Part shown: positions 35,169 to 47,862 of the stretch, one piece after another | Layout of the letters: every line of letters starts with the position of its first letter | How positions within the stretch are numbered: the stretch's first letter is position 1 | Assembly (NCBI RefSeq): GCF_964204865.1 | Contig: NC_135258.1 | Span: forward strand, 9,362,001-9,426,000 | Direction: 5' to 3' | DNA: 64,000 nt | From: Styela clava | Taxonomy: Eukaryota | The notes under the pieces: model-generated | Database searches by the model: none | The model's input: only the letters and a program-made list of their open reading frames with translations | Told to the model about the DNA's origin: nothing | Position numbers and translations under genes: made by a program

Positions 35169-35746
35169 CAGGGGTCGGGAACCCATGGCTCGCGAGCCAT
35201 ATATGGCTCTTTTGATGGCGGCATAAATATGGCTCCCAGAAAAATCTAATATTGTAAGGCTAAGCTTACAATTGTTAACGAGTTTTCAAACCTATTTATA
35301 GCCAAATTTGCCAAGACGTTTGAAAACGTGCGCCCAGCGCATGTCTATGTTATTTGAGAGAATTACCAGACAAGCATTGTGACAAAACTAGGGGATTCTG
35401 GAATCTATTTTGTGACGCCACAAAGTGTTATAGTTTCGGAGCTATAGAGAAAAGCTTTTCGTCCGTTTGTACGTACTAATTACAGTATTTGTCATATTTA
35501 AATCAAACTAGTACAGAGATGCCTAAACGAAAGAAGGGTGATGGTGATGTGTATCGTAGATTTCAACTTGGCTGCATGTGAGCAGCCGTTGAAGCATCAG
35601 AAGTCACATTAAATGTATATTGACATTGTATTTGTTGACTTTTGAGTAAAATTTCAGGCCTGAAATGCTGTATGGCTCGCACGGAAATGCAATTGAAAAT
35701 ATGTACCTTTTATGGCTCTCTTGACCAAAAAGGTTCTCGACCCCTG
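35169..35746. mobile_element. hAT (Buster-type) MITE
   Basis: TIR caggggtcgggaacc / ggttctcgacccctg; perfect TSD atgtatat (35161-35168, 35747-35754). Confidence 0.9.
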
Positions 35747-36709
35747 ATGTATATGATATATGGTAAAATCATGACAAAAAATCAGGCTGTGAGATTAGTT
35801 ATTGCTAAAAATATTTGATGGTCTAATCACACTTTTGTGTACCTATAAAGCGTTAACAACTTATCTATCTATCTTAACTATCTAACAATATGAGATTAAT
35901 TGTAACCAAAGTATTTCACATTACAAAAATATTATTCATTTGCAATATTTCAGTCATTTTCAATCCAAATATGGTTTCATGATGAGTCAACATAGGCTTT
36001 CCATTTTTTTTTGTATTGGCAGCAGTCAGTTCTTTTTGTCGGCTTTCCTCTCCTCCGGGATAAATATGTAAATCCTCCTCCTCCTCCTAATATACCTTAA
36101 TACAGCTGTTCATTTCTCTCTGTCACGCATTAATACCGTACACATATAAAATTCCATTCCAGTTGTTATTATTATTTCTTATACATATAGAAACAAGTCA
36201 TAGCTTAAAATAGTTACTAGTTCGCTTACTACATACCGGTAGCCTTGTACGAGCGGCAGAACACAAAATAAAACTCTCAGCCGAACGAAGCGTGTCGCGT
36301 TGTCATGGAGTTCTGATACACTTGATATTTTCAAGAATAATAATCCGGCCCTTGACCCCTTTGACAGTTTTCGTGACCTGGCTTCAATGACATTTATTGT
36401 CATTGCTGGCACCAACGACTAACATACGCCTGGCACTTTCCAAACGAGTTTACTTGTTTCATAACTATTTTTCATCACTACTACTAAACTGGAACGCTCC
36501 AGAAGACAAAACGACCAATGGTATTTTGATTTATAAGGTACCGGTACCAAAATTTCGGAAACACATCTAAAACATACAAACAGATAGCGACTCCAATATT
36601 TACAAGTTACAACCATGTCTGAAAATCTGTCTTGAGTACCGGTACCAGTATGTAAAGGGACACAACCATTGCGTCATGTTCCCAATCATGCTGTGCCGAA
36701 TGCACTACA

Positions 36710-37027
36710 GGAGTGGTGACTCCTCTACGGCCCATGGGCCGGGGCCACATGGGCCGTGGCCCATAGCTTGATGGGCCGCGGCCCCATCAGGAAAAATTCA
36801 ATTATCTTAACAAAATTTTCAATTTTTACCAAATTGTCAATATTCTAACCAAAAAAACATACTCCTGTAGTATGTGTACCAGGTTAGGGTTAGGACAAAA
36901 AAAATTCAGATTTTTTACATTATAGTTCTATTATGAGTTCGGGGACTGTCTGTGTTAGCCAAGTGAATAGTTTCTTTACACAACTTGATGGGCCCCGGCC
37001 CATGGGCCGCAGAGGAGTCACCACTCC
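36710..37027. mobile_element. MITE with GC-rich TIRs sharing the ttagggttagg core of the Merlin-like family
   Basis: TIR ggagtggtgactcctctacggcccatggg / ccatgggccgcagaggagtcaccactcc; internal gtatgtgtaccaggttagggttagg as in 6168-6396. Confidence 0.75.
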
Positions 37028-37713
37028 CACTCCGAATGCATACCGGTATCCGATGGAAATGACCTGCGACAAAATTTGATTTTGGTAACTTGAAATTCTA
37101 TAGAGGTAGTCTCATTAAGCTTGCTTAATTAGTAGGTACCGCTAGTAGCCTAGTTCTGTTGTAGTCAGCAATCAGCATATTCAGATATTACTGTATTACC
37201 GGTACCACAGTCAGGCAGTTGGATTATAAGAAGGATTTACAGATTTCTGGATTTATTAGACCCTATAATTTGTATTTGGCTTTTATCCAGTACCGGTACC
37301 GCACCATGTTCTTATATCTAATCATAATATTATTTTATAACTGAATAAAAGCTGTAAATGTCATCTGTATAAACATTTCTCAAAATATTTCGCAATGATT
37401 TTTCAGATATCCACAATCAAACAAAACTGGACCCTGTCACCAAACAGAATGCTCACTTGTTAAGTGTTAATAATATTCCATATCTGAAACAATTGAATCG
37501 TAATTCTGTAATTATTTCTTCCCAGTGATTTTCACTTACAGACTTAGCAGTGGCATACAAGGCCTTTTGGCGTAAAATACATTAGTGATTTGTACTCCTG
37601 GACTGAATAATAATAATTTCCTCTTTTTTCAACAAATATTATTTGAACCATATCTCTTTTTATCTTTGCAGGTATTGTTTTGTATATAGCAAGGGTATTC
37701 ACAGAAAGAGATC

Positions 37714-38625
37714 ATGAATGATGAAGAGATAAGTGAATATTTTTTGTCGGAATTACGAAACAGTACTCAATCATCTCCCGCAGTTGCTGCAATCAAAACT
37801 CTAATAGAATATCTGAGAAAGGATCATGCTGAAACATTATCAGGATTACGAGATAATCTAAAAAGTGCAATAGAAGTGCTTGTGAGGACTGACTGCACAG
37901 GAATTACACCTATCTTGTCTGGATCGGAACTGTTTCTTCGCTTTATCACCCTATCTTCTTTAGAACACTCAGACTTCGATAAAGTGAAGGATATTCTAAT
38001 AAGCCGTGGTGAAATGTTCCTGCAAAAAATATCATCCAGCAGACAAAAAATTGCCAGACTTGGGTTGCCATTTTTGAATGATGGTATCAAAGTTCTTGTT
38101 CATTCATATTCAAGAGTAGTTTTGAACATGTTAATCAAAGCTATGGAAGCTCAAAAGCGTTTCACTGTTTTTGTCACTGAATCACGACCAGACATGAGTG
38201 GTAATATAATGGCGGAAAAATTAAGAGAACATGGCATCCCAGTGACTGTAATTCTTGACTCAGCTGCTGGTTATGTTATGGAAAAAATAGACCTTGTATT
38301 GATTGGTGCTGAAGGTGTGGTAGAAAACGGTGGGATTATGAACAAGATAGGAAGTTACCAAATTGCTGTTTGTGCAAAGGCACATAATAAACCCTTGTAT
38401 GTTGCTGCCGAGAGCATTAAATTCGTTCGCCTTTATCCATTAAATCAGCAAGATGTACCGAATGAAATAAAATACAAAGCATCAACAATCAAGTCCAAGA
38501 ATCTTGACCAAGAACATCCTAATGTAGACTACACTCCTCCATCTTATATCACTTTACTAATAACTGATTTGGGTGTCCTGACACCTTCTGCTGTAAGTGA
38601 TGAACTTATCAAACTATACTTATAA
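37714..38625 (+). CDS. EIF2B1: Translation initiation factor eIF-2B subunit alpha, intronless, 303 aa
   Basis: [98 protein letters not shown]. Confidence 0.97.
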   Translation: MNDEEISEYFLSELRNSTQSSPAVAAIKTLIEYLRKDHAETLSGLRDNLKSAIEVLVRTDCTGITPILSGSELFLRFITLSSLEHSDFDKVKDILISRGEMFLQKISSSRQKIARLGLPFLNDGIKVLVHSYSRVVLNMLIKAMEAQKRFTVFVTESRPDMSGNIMAEKLREHGIPVTVILDSAAGYVMEKIDLVLIGAEGVVENGGIMNKIGSYQIAVCAKAHNKPLYVAAESIKFVRLYPLNQQDVPNEIKYKASTIKSKNLDQEHPNVDYTPPSYITLLITDLGVLTPSAVSDELIKLYL

Positions 38626-39840
38626 AGTTGTAATGGTTGGAGGTTGAATATTCGCATCTGGGAGATACCACCAATACAGAATGGTGGCCAGTATTCCGAG
38701 AGTCATAAAAATTTTTGTCAAGATCTTGCAAGTCTGCATGGAATGCTATATGGCCATGTTCAGGTCATTTTAATAACACATCAAAGGTGCAATGTGGCAT
38801 ATCAATATTGGTGATAATTATTCGGATTCTAATTTTATTTTTAATTGGCGCGGTTTTGATTGAAGTTTTTGTTGTATGATCTGTTATATCACAGCAAAAT
38901 TATTACTTTATAAAATGAATTTCAGAGGACTATAAGAGTACTTTCGAATGTCTTGCTTTGGTTTAGGAGAATTTGCTCAGAGTTGAGTCATTCATCTGAG
39001 CAAAATTGAAGGAGACCACTGAAATTCCAGCTTTCAGCTATTCCAGTCGCGAATGAATTAATAATCCAGAGAAAAGAATTAATAATGGGAAGAAAAATAT
39101 TTGTTCCAGAATGCGGGACCCCCAAGTAAAGTTAATGATTATTGCCACATCGTCAGAATACAGATGTTTTTTTTATTCAGAAATGGAAAATTCTTTAGCT
39201 CTGCGTGCCTATGGGACATATCCGTTGATATGTCGGGTAGAATTATATTTGGTGAAGATGTGAGTTCTATCAAGTCATATCGACTTTTTTTCTACACATC
39301 AATTCACGTACTGGGTTGCAGTGTGGAAAAATTTGGTTTACCCATAATGTAATTTATAATCAGATGCCATGCCCATACCTCAAAATTCATTGCTCTTGCC
39401 GGCTGTATTTTGAACTATACAATGTTACTGAACACAAATAAAATCTCAGTATCTGTATTTACAGAGAGTAAAAAATTCATCTCCACAAACAAATATGAAC
39501 AAGTGTCTCGCATTTAAAAAACTCTATCATTTGCTTTTGTTTTATATTAAATCTGCAATGAATCGAATCTATATTTGTGCATTTAAAAAGGGAGAAACAA
39601 TCTCAATTTGAGAACTTCGGGGGGGTTTAGGATGAATGTACATCAGCATTCCAACAAGCAAGGCAGAACATATAAAAAAGTTACACCTGCAATTCAGGTC
39701 ATCTGTTCAGTCACCCCACGAACATTGAGACAGTTATTTTAGAGCCCAATGTCTGGGAAAACAAGACAGCGTCACCCTGGTCAACCATGACTCCACTCTT
39801 GGTTGATGTGCTTATTCATACCATCCACATCAATACTACT

Positions 39841-42723
39841 TCACCGGTTTCTTCTTCTGCCCTCCTTAGCAGGGGGTCGTTGTGATTCTTCACCACTAGA
39901 TGATGAACTTTCACTGGAGTCAGAATCTGACGATGAATCGGAGGTAGCATCATCTGATGATTCTTCTTCAGAAGACGAAGAGTCATGCCTTGATGATTTT
40001 TTAACTTTTGCACTCTTAGCATCAACTTTCATTTTTTTTTTGGGAAGCTCATTTTCACTTTCACTGCTTGAACCATCTGGGGCGGCCTTAGGCGAAGGTC
40101 GTCGTTTATGAATTAAAGTAACTTTTGAGCGTACTGCCCGCTTTGCTGGGGATGGTGAGGAATCTGATGATGGACTTGTTGATGGAGATTTTGGTATTCT
40201 CTGTCTTTTAGGAGATTCATCTTCACTTGATGATTCCTTATTTGACATTGATGAATTCTCATCAGACGAACTTGAAGTCTCTCGTTTTAACAGCGATTGT
40301 TTCTTTTTAGACTTAGAGTCATTACTACCATGATTAGGACTTTCTTTGCGTCCAACTTTGTTAGATGATTTCTTTGAATTAATTACAGACCCTCTTTGAC
40401 GCGATGAAGCAGGGCTCCTACTGTGATTTGATGAGTGTGATTGCTTGGGTTTATTCGAATTTCTGTCTGAATCAGAGTGATCAGAAGTATTATCCGTTGA
40501 CGAATCACTCTCTTTTTCAGGAAAATTATTTTTTGCTTTCGAATCCTTATACTTAGATCCTGGAGAACTTCCGTGGCGACCAATTTTACGCTCTTTAGAG
40601 CTGTAACGCTGCCTCGCTACTCGTTTATCATTTGATGCGAGTTGCCGTGCTGGACTATTGGAGTCTCTGTGCTGGTCTTTAGAACTGTGGTCCTTTTCTA
40701 ATCTGTTGCGTGATGATCCTTTAGATCTTCTTGGACTACTGGAACTATCTCGTTTCTCTTTAGAATTGCGATCCATTTTCAAAACATTTGGGCTCCTAGA
40801 GCGGTCTCGTCTTTCCACATGGTGGTGGCTGTTTTCCGATCTGTTTTTTGATGAATTTTTAGATTTCTCTGGACTTCTAGAATCTTCATGTCTAACTTCA
40901 GATTGGTTCTTGCTTGATCTATATCCTCTTGATTCTTTGGATCTTCTCGGACTTCTAGAACCTGTGTGGGTCTCGTGGCGGTCTCTCTTTGATCTCCTGC
41001 CTGACAAGTCTTTAGATCTTCTTGGGCTTCTTGAATCTCGATGTCTTTCTTCAGATTTTGACTCATCTGGCAAGGCTTTAGATCTTATTGGACTACTTGA
41101 GACTCTGTTTCGATCTTTCAAATTATCATCTTTCCTAGATCTATTATTTGGTGAGTGTCGGTGACTGCTAAGACTTTCAGAATCTTTACGTCCCTCCTGA
41201 GAGCGGCGGTCTTCTCCTGATTTTTGAGGACTTTTAGAGTCCCGGTGTCGCCCTGCCCTGGACATCCGGTCCGATGAGTCTCTAGTTTGTTTCAGACTTA
41301 TAGGGCTTCCTTGTCGCTCATGAGAATGGTGCTCTATCCTAGATCCATAAATGGATGGTTCTTGGTTCCTTTTTGGACTTCGACTTCTATGCCTATCTAA
41401 GTTATCGTTCCTTTCTTTAGAACGATTTCTGCGAGAATTCCTATCAGGTGACCTACGCCATGTTTGAAAATATCTTCCTTGATTAGTTGGCTGTTTTTTC
41501 CGGTAACGAGTATCATCGTCACCTGAATCATGAGGGCTTCTTGTACGACGATCTTTAGAGCTTTTATACCTATCATCAATCTTATTTTCGACATCATGTG
41601 ATTTGTGTTTTTTCTCAATATCTCTGGGAGAATTACTTGTCTTTCTCTTATTTCTGTGTTTTTTCGAATCATCTTCATCAGAGGGGGAGTTATCTCTTTT
41701 TTTCTTTGACCTCTTGCTTTTTCTTTCATCTTCGCTTTCATCATCAGATGATTCTTTTTTATGTTTCTTCTTTTTTTTCTTCTCACTTTCTTCTTCAGAT
41801 GATGAGGATTCTCTTTTCTTTTTCTTCTTCTTAAACTTCTTACTTTTCTCTTGTTCAGGTGGCGGTGAATTACTTGGTGATCGAACGAGAGCATACTTTT
41901 GTTGCTTTCTTGCATTTCTTTCTTCGATTTCCCTCTCTCTTTGAAGTTTCCTTGCTTCGGGATCGAAAGCACTCCCTTTAATATAAGAGGCGCTGATACC
42001 AAATGCATTTCGTAGTTTTTCATTTTCTTGTTCTTTCATCTCCGCTATTTGATGAGTTTCAGTTGCAACTGGACGACCAGTAGAATCTTCTTTACCAGGC
42101 AATGCTTGCTCCTTTTCAAGTAACATCTGTCGAAAAACTGAAACCTTCTTATCTATCTCCTCTTCGTCGTATCCTTGTTCCTCCATGAGGTTCTAAACAA
42201 TAACAAACAATTAATAAAATAAATGTGATAAATAATGGAGCAATAAGGAGATATACTTAAGAATTTTAAAATTTAGCTTTTTTGATAACTCTTTCTTCTT
42301 TGGCACAGAATTTAAATCGTGAAATATTTTCAACATATTTTTTCTGTAAAATACCGGTATGATAATCAACCCTTACCTGAAGTTCCATACATTTCAGCTC
42401 TACTCTTCGCTTCTTGTCATGAAGGAGAATTTCTGCATTTGGTTTTTTGTCAATTCTGTAAAATATGAAAGATTAACGACATAAACGGATTTTTCGAATT
42501 AGAGCATGAAAGACTCAAATTTACATTATTCGATGTAAGTTACATGCAAATCGGAGGCTACCTTACTCTCATTTATAACTTACCTTGATTCAAGTTGTTT
42601 GATCTCTTTTTCAGTTTTGTATCCAGTCCTCTCTTTCACACTACGAACTTGTGATAAGTTTCTTTGAACATATGCATTTGTCCCACTACCCCTAGCTGTT
42701 GCGAGTCCTATCCCGTTATACAT
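39841..42723 (-). CDS. SRRM2: SRRM2/CWC21-like splicing factor (cwf21 domain plus RS-rich tail), about 856 aa
   Basis: Exons 42723-42584 ([24 protein letters not shown]), 42455-42377 ([22 protein letters not shown]), 42192-39841 ([22 protein letters not shown]...ETHQIAE...LRNAFGIS, then K/S/R/D low-complexity sequence). Confidence 0.9.
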
Positions 42724-44832
42724 ATTCGATAAATCCTAAAACTCTTATATAACGTTACATGTACGGTACCTCGGTATCGCACGCAAAATTAAAACAGAAT
42801 GACTGGGCCACGGCGAAACGCTGAAACAGAACTGACTTATTTGTCTAAAGTGAATCCCACGCGGAGAAAAATTTTAGAGATTAAAATGGGATTTTATGCG
42901 ATATTGCAAATAGGCAATATTACCTTTTACAGAAGTAAATATATAATTAAAATATGGTTTTCATAATGTTGTTTTGTGTGTGTCGCAGAGACCTATATAA
43001 GCCATCGGGGTTCCTGGTCTAATTGACTAAATCAATTGCACCCATGGGCATTTGCAGCGTGGATATTTGTACCAGTGAACAACACACCCATGGACGTTTT
43101 CATAAGTATAAGTAAAAGTTTATTTCGACTCCATAATCAGCAATAGACGGTAATAATAGATAAAAATAAAAGTAACTGATTATAGAATCGGGAGAGCGAA
43201 CAAAACCTCGAGTAAGGTTTGAAACGTACAGGTTTTAGATGGAAAGGTATTGATAAAAGAAGTAGTACGTGTTCGCTCACCCCAAAGTAAAAAAACTAAT
43301 TAAGGCACGCACGCACGCACACACACACAATCATCTAGACATGATACTGTCGGAAGTGAAAAAAGCAAGACTTAAAATCAATTAAATTACTCAGTAAAAA
43401 GCAAAATATACAAACTAATGAAAAAAATAATGAATAAATTCTTTTGCCACACCAAATTAATAATTTTATGAGGATTGCCAAATTGGATACTGAATTAGTC
43501 AACAAGAGTGTACTGTGGATAGAAAAGTATACCTCAAAAGATATCGTCAAGCTGATTATAATTGGAGTCACCTAATACCAAATTGCCCAATCAGAATTGC
43601 CAAGTTGGATGTATGAAGAGGTGGGCTAGACCTGCTTCACTCATCAAATAGAAGCCACAACAAGCCAAATAACGTCCAAATTATTTTAAATACTATTAAT
43701 CAATAACAGTACCGGTAATCATAATTAAAATTAATTCGGGCAGTATGATACAGAGGTAGGAAAATTGGTTAAGGGAATATATATGGTGTTAAAGGTTCAA
43801 GTAAGGTTTCTAAGGTCATGGATTATACGCAAGTAAATTTAATTGAGGTTGTTGATCACTGCGGTCAGTTGAAATTCATCACGGATGATTCATCAGTCTG
43901 CAAGTTTTGTTAATGTATACACCTTTCATGTTGACAAAGCTAGCATTGAAATTGATTATCATGACGTCCTGAAAAACGAAAAATATATCTGCGAGTACAA
44001 TATTCAAATTCAGTATACAATGATTGCAAATAAGGAATCAATAGAAAACTATCCTACACTTTTGAGTGGAAGTTGTTGAATTGTGTGAATATTGATTAAT
44101 ATTAATTAAATATCATTAGACTGCTTGTTGAAAGAGCTGAGAAAGAGGAGATTGTGGTTGGGACACAAGAGAAATTGCTCACAAGCCATGCAAAAACCTT
44201 TCGATGTCGGTCAAACCATACACATGTTGGCCATTATCTTAGTCATTAACATCACACTAACCGTTACACATTTGCATGCTCTACACAGCATAAATTCGAC
44301 CAAGGATAAAATCTTTGTATACACACAGGACACAGCATATAGTACTACATCAAGTTAAAATGTAGGGGAGAATCCAAATATACCTCGACTGGTCACCCAA
44401 TTACAATATTAGGTACAGGAGATAAATTATACCGTCTACAACCCTCACAAAGAATCACACCACCCAAATAGAAAACAAAGTTCATGCATGTGGAATATCA
44501 GAAACCCAACATTAAAAAAAAAAAACATGCGCATGCAGATGTCAGAATGTGAACAGCCATATGAGGGAAAATCTTATGCTATGTATGCTATAGAACAAAG
44601 TAAATGGACAATTAGAATGCAAAACAGATGAAGAGAGCTCAACTGCTTGTTCAAAAATAAATCAGCAATCTCAGAAACAATAACAATGTTATGCCTGTTC
44701 AACATTCTCATGAAAACAATAAGTAGCCTCTGTGCAAGTGAGGAGTGTCCCAACTTTGTCATGGTCTTTCTTTTGAAGTTGTAGCTAATTACATACGAAA
44801 AATATATAACAGTGTGGTTATAATAATAAATT

Positions 44833-44965
44833 TTAATATTTTGATACCAAGTAGGACTTGACTTTTTTCTGAAAAGATTTTTTGGATTTCAATGTCTTCA
44901 AATTCAAGGGGAGAGAATTCCACAGATTGGGCCCAGTGTAATATAAGGCATGCTGGCTCACAGAT
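44833..44965 (-). mobile_element. 3' remnant of a CR1/L2-clade LINE
   Basis: Translates to QHALYYTGPNLWNSLPLNLKTLKSKKSFQKKVKSYL, the typical C-terminus of CR1/L2 ORF2. Confidence 0.65.
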
Positions 44966-45066
44966 GGAGCATCAAGAACATTTGAATCCACAGTCAATTT
45001 CACATACGATATGTATTTGCTTTCATACAACTTATATATACACACTGAGATATCCATTGGTTGACT

Positions 45067-45527
45067 AAGGGGTTTTCAACCTTTTTCCTGTTAAAGTACC
45101 CTCGAGTCATGAAATTATCAAGCCGAACCCCCAGTAATCAGACACCAAACAATGTTGTATTATATTGACTAACAATTTGTTGCAACAACAATTTATTGAA
45201 CAACTACTGTAACTAAATCAAGTCTTCGTGTTGACGTTATTGCCGCTGTCCTCCGCCTCACTAATGAATTCTCGAAATCTCTCTTTTATGTTTAAATTAG
45301 CATATCACTTTCTCTAATATTGTAGCTCATTGTTTTCTGAGATTTCACAGTTTGGCTGCAAAGCCGTGGATTTCACATTGTTTCGTCACAACAACGCAAG
45401 ATCATGGAAGTCTTCGCTGAGTTTCAATCGGCACGCATTTTCTTTGGTAGTGAAGGATATGAAATATAGCAACATATGAAAATTCAACTGCCATCCGAGT
45501 ACCACTGGAAAACTTTCTCGACCCCCG
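45067..45527. mobile_element. Degenerate hAT-like MITE
   Basis: Imperfect TIR-like ends aaggggttttcaacc ... tttctcgacccccg. Confidence 0.35.
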
Positions 45528-45653
45528 TTAGCTACAATTGAAATGCAAATCTTCGAGCAGATGAAAAGCGCAACGGTAGAACACCATTATGACGTAAGTG
45601 TATAAAGTGAGAACAAATGTTTCACAACTCGACGTAAATCTTGCTTTTTCGTT

Positions 45654-46232
45654 CAGGATAGGATTACATATTCATCCCAGGATAGACAGCTTAAACATAT
45701 GAGGAAACACGGCCACTCGTTTGGTTACCAGTCCATGTCGGCTATGGGATCAGTTAGCCAGTTATTTGTGGTTCGGCGGTGTGGCGCATCGTGCTAAGCG
45801 TTAGGAATACGCTCGCCACCGCATCTCTGATTACCTTGCGTGGGTTCGCATCCAATGCGGGGATGATTATGTGCGAGAGGATTGCTGGACTCCTCGCCGC
45901 CGTAGGGTGGTTCACGTAACCGCTGTTCGGTTATGGCTTCCTCTACCATCAAGTCCATGCTTCCGAAAACAAATAACTGGCTAACTAATTTCATACCCGA
46001 CCTGGACTGGTAACCGGACGAGAGGCCGTGGTTCGCCATATGATTAAATCCTATCCTATCCTTGTTACTGAAAGTATGGACTTGATGACGGAGAAACCGC
46101 AACTGACCAGTGGTTACGTAAACCACCCTGCGGCGGCGAGGAGTCCAGCTATCCTCCCGCACATAACAATTTTCGCATGGGATTCGAACCTGCGAATTCA
46201 CGCAGGCTAATCAAAAGGTGCTGTGACGAGCG
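45654..46232 (-). mobile_element. Older tRNA-derived SINE split by the insertion at 45771-46062
   Basis: 46232-46063 (head and body, B-box ggttcgaatcc) and 45770-45654 (tail ending atgtaatcctatcctg) join into one contiguous SINE on the minus strand. Confidence 0.75.
45771..46062 (+). mobile_element. tRNA-derived SINE
   Basis: Pol III A-box tggcgcatcgtg, B-box ggttcgcatcc, family body gctggactcctcgccgccg, tail (atcct)n. Related pieces at 4520-4551, 5960-6155, 36055-36078 and 59530-59690. Confidence 0.8.
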
Positions 46233-46324
46233 TACAGTATGGACCTTTCCCCGACCTTTGACCCCCGAAAAATTCTTCCCATACTTTACAGTGGTTGACT
46301 TTACCATTGCAAAGTTTTCAGGGC

Positions 46325-46678
46325 TTATTGGACACGTTTAGCGGCCATAACGATCGTTTCAAAATTTTGTTGTTATTGTTATTTTCTTTCGTCATTATCG
46401 TTCAAGATTGATTTTTTTGCCAGAAGGCTATTACTTTCATTTATTCCTGAATTTTCTATGAATCTTATGAGATCTAATATTTCATCCAAAATTGCGCTGT
46501 ATTAATTTTTAATTATGGGAACACGGTTTTTAATCCGCCAAGCGTGACGGCTGACTGTGAAAATTCTTGCGACTGAAAACCCGGAACTTTTTGAGGGTAC
46601 GGTACCGGTAACGTCAAAGGTAAACCCTGCTTCGCTCTAGTCCACGTGTTCATATATTTGAGCGTTGCTCTCTTGTTT
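46325..46678 (+). mobile_element. Helentron-associated non-autonomous element (HINE/DINE-1-like), single copy
   Basis: 5' subTIR tattggacacgt, (gtt)-rich microsatellite, 3' subTIR cacgtgttcata followed by the hairpin gagc-gtt-gctc and tcttgtttt. Confidence 0.7.
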
Positions 46679-47631
46679 TAAGAGTGGTTCCGCGAGTTGG
46701 CCCCTGTAAAATGAGGTATTTGTTTTAAACCATCATTATAATGCATCGCGTACAATAATCTGTTTTTAGAAGTACCGGTAGGTCCTTTTAGCTTAGAATA
46801 TCACAGCTATTTCTACACCAATTCTTTATTACTGCGATTAAATTTTAAAACTTCTAAAAAGACATAGTGATCATTGAATTATCTGATTTATATTTAAATT
46901 TCTGAAACACAACTGGAAACAACGTATAGAGTTCGAAAACGAGGTAATGTTTACAACATCGCCTGAAAATCTGTCTGAGCAATATTGGTCTGAGTGAGAA
47001 AAGTGTCTGAGCGGATGCGGAAAGGGGCATTGTTACGTCGCTTTTTGCATCTTGCTGATTGGCCAATGTCATGAAGTAAACAAGGAAGTCGATGCTCGGG
47101 GAAAGGTCCATTCCTAACTAATAGCACGATGCGCCACACCGCCGAGTCACCGAATCAATTTTACTGAAAGCACGAGATTCAGAAAATGTGCAATAAAAAG
47201 AACATTTAGCAGAATATGAAAATACCAAATCACAATACACCGGAGCCATATGACAAAGAGGTTCTGTTGCAAATTAATAAACACCAAATCTGACGTAAAT
47301 AAATTTTATACTATAAAATTGAATAACTTTGATATATATTCTGTATTTATTTGTATTTATATGATTTATACAGCACCACACCCGCGAATAAAATTGTCTT
47401 CCAACACAAATTAGTAATAAAATTAGTAGTAAAATAGCTCAAATATACGTCACGGTATTTGTGACACCAAAAGAATTGTTCATCTTAAAACGTTTGTGGA
47501 AAAAACAAATGTTAAAGCATAATATTTTTTAAATAAAAATTAGTTTATTGTTTTGGTTGTTTTACTGTCGACCAATGTACGCCGATGATCATTCTTTAGG
47601 TCAACAATATCTTACATTGCAGAAGTTTATG

Positions 47632-47862
47632 TCATTCTATTCCTTTATAATATAGTTCCAAGTCCATTCCATCATGTATCTCGTAATCTCTTAATGTAAT
47701 GTGATCTTTAAAAATAGTATACCATTTCTTCAAGACAATTTTATCCTATTCTGTCCCAGTTTGAGCTGCGATTCATTTCTTTAGATCACCAATTGTATCA
47801 TCAGGATTACATTTCACTTGAACCTTTTTCCCCAGACGCTCATTGCATGTTATTTCAATCAT
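47632..47862 (-). pseudogene. UBL5: Ubiquitin-like protein 5 (Hub1) pseudogene
   Basis: [74 protein letters not shown]. In-frame TGA at 47775-47773 (Leu30 position) and TAG at 47748-47746 (Trp39 position); normal stop lost; no introns. Confidence 0.92.

Noticed and set aside
36299-36312. RFX X-box upstream of CCDC153
   Set aside because: Only the left part matches the consensus; too weak to annotate as a feature.
39803-42023. Overlapping and antisense ORFs up to 208 aa
   Set aside because: By-products of the low-complexity SRRM2 exon.
43330-44800. Possible decayed retroelement or gene
   Set aside because: No convincing protein motif in the frames I examined; left unannotated.
45771-45855. 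tRNA-like head
   Set aside because: Continues into a repeated body and tail and lacks a proper cloverleaf and terminator; it is a SINE, not a tRNA gene.
47746-47775. Recoding (selenocysteine or readthrough) of the UBL5 stops
   Set aside because: Two different stop types at Leu and Trp positions, each one substitution from a sense codon, plus other substitutions and a lost terminal stop; all other genes here use standard stops.
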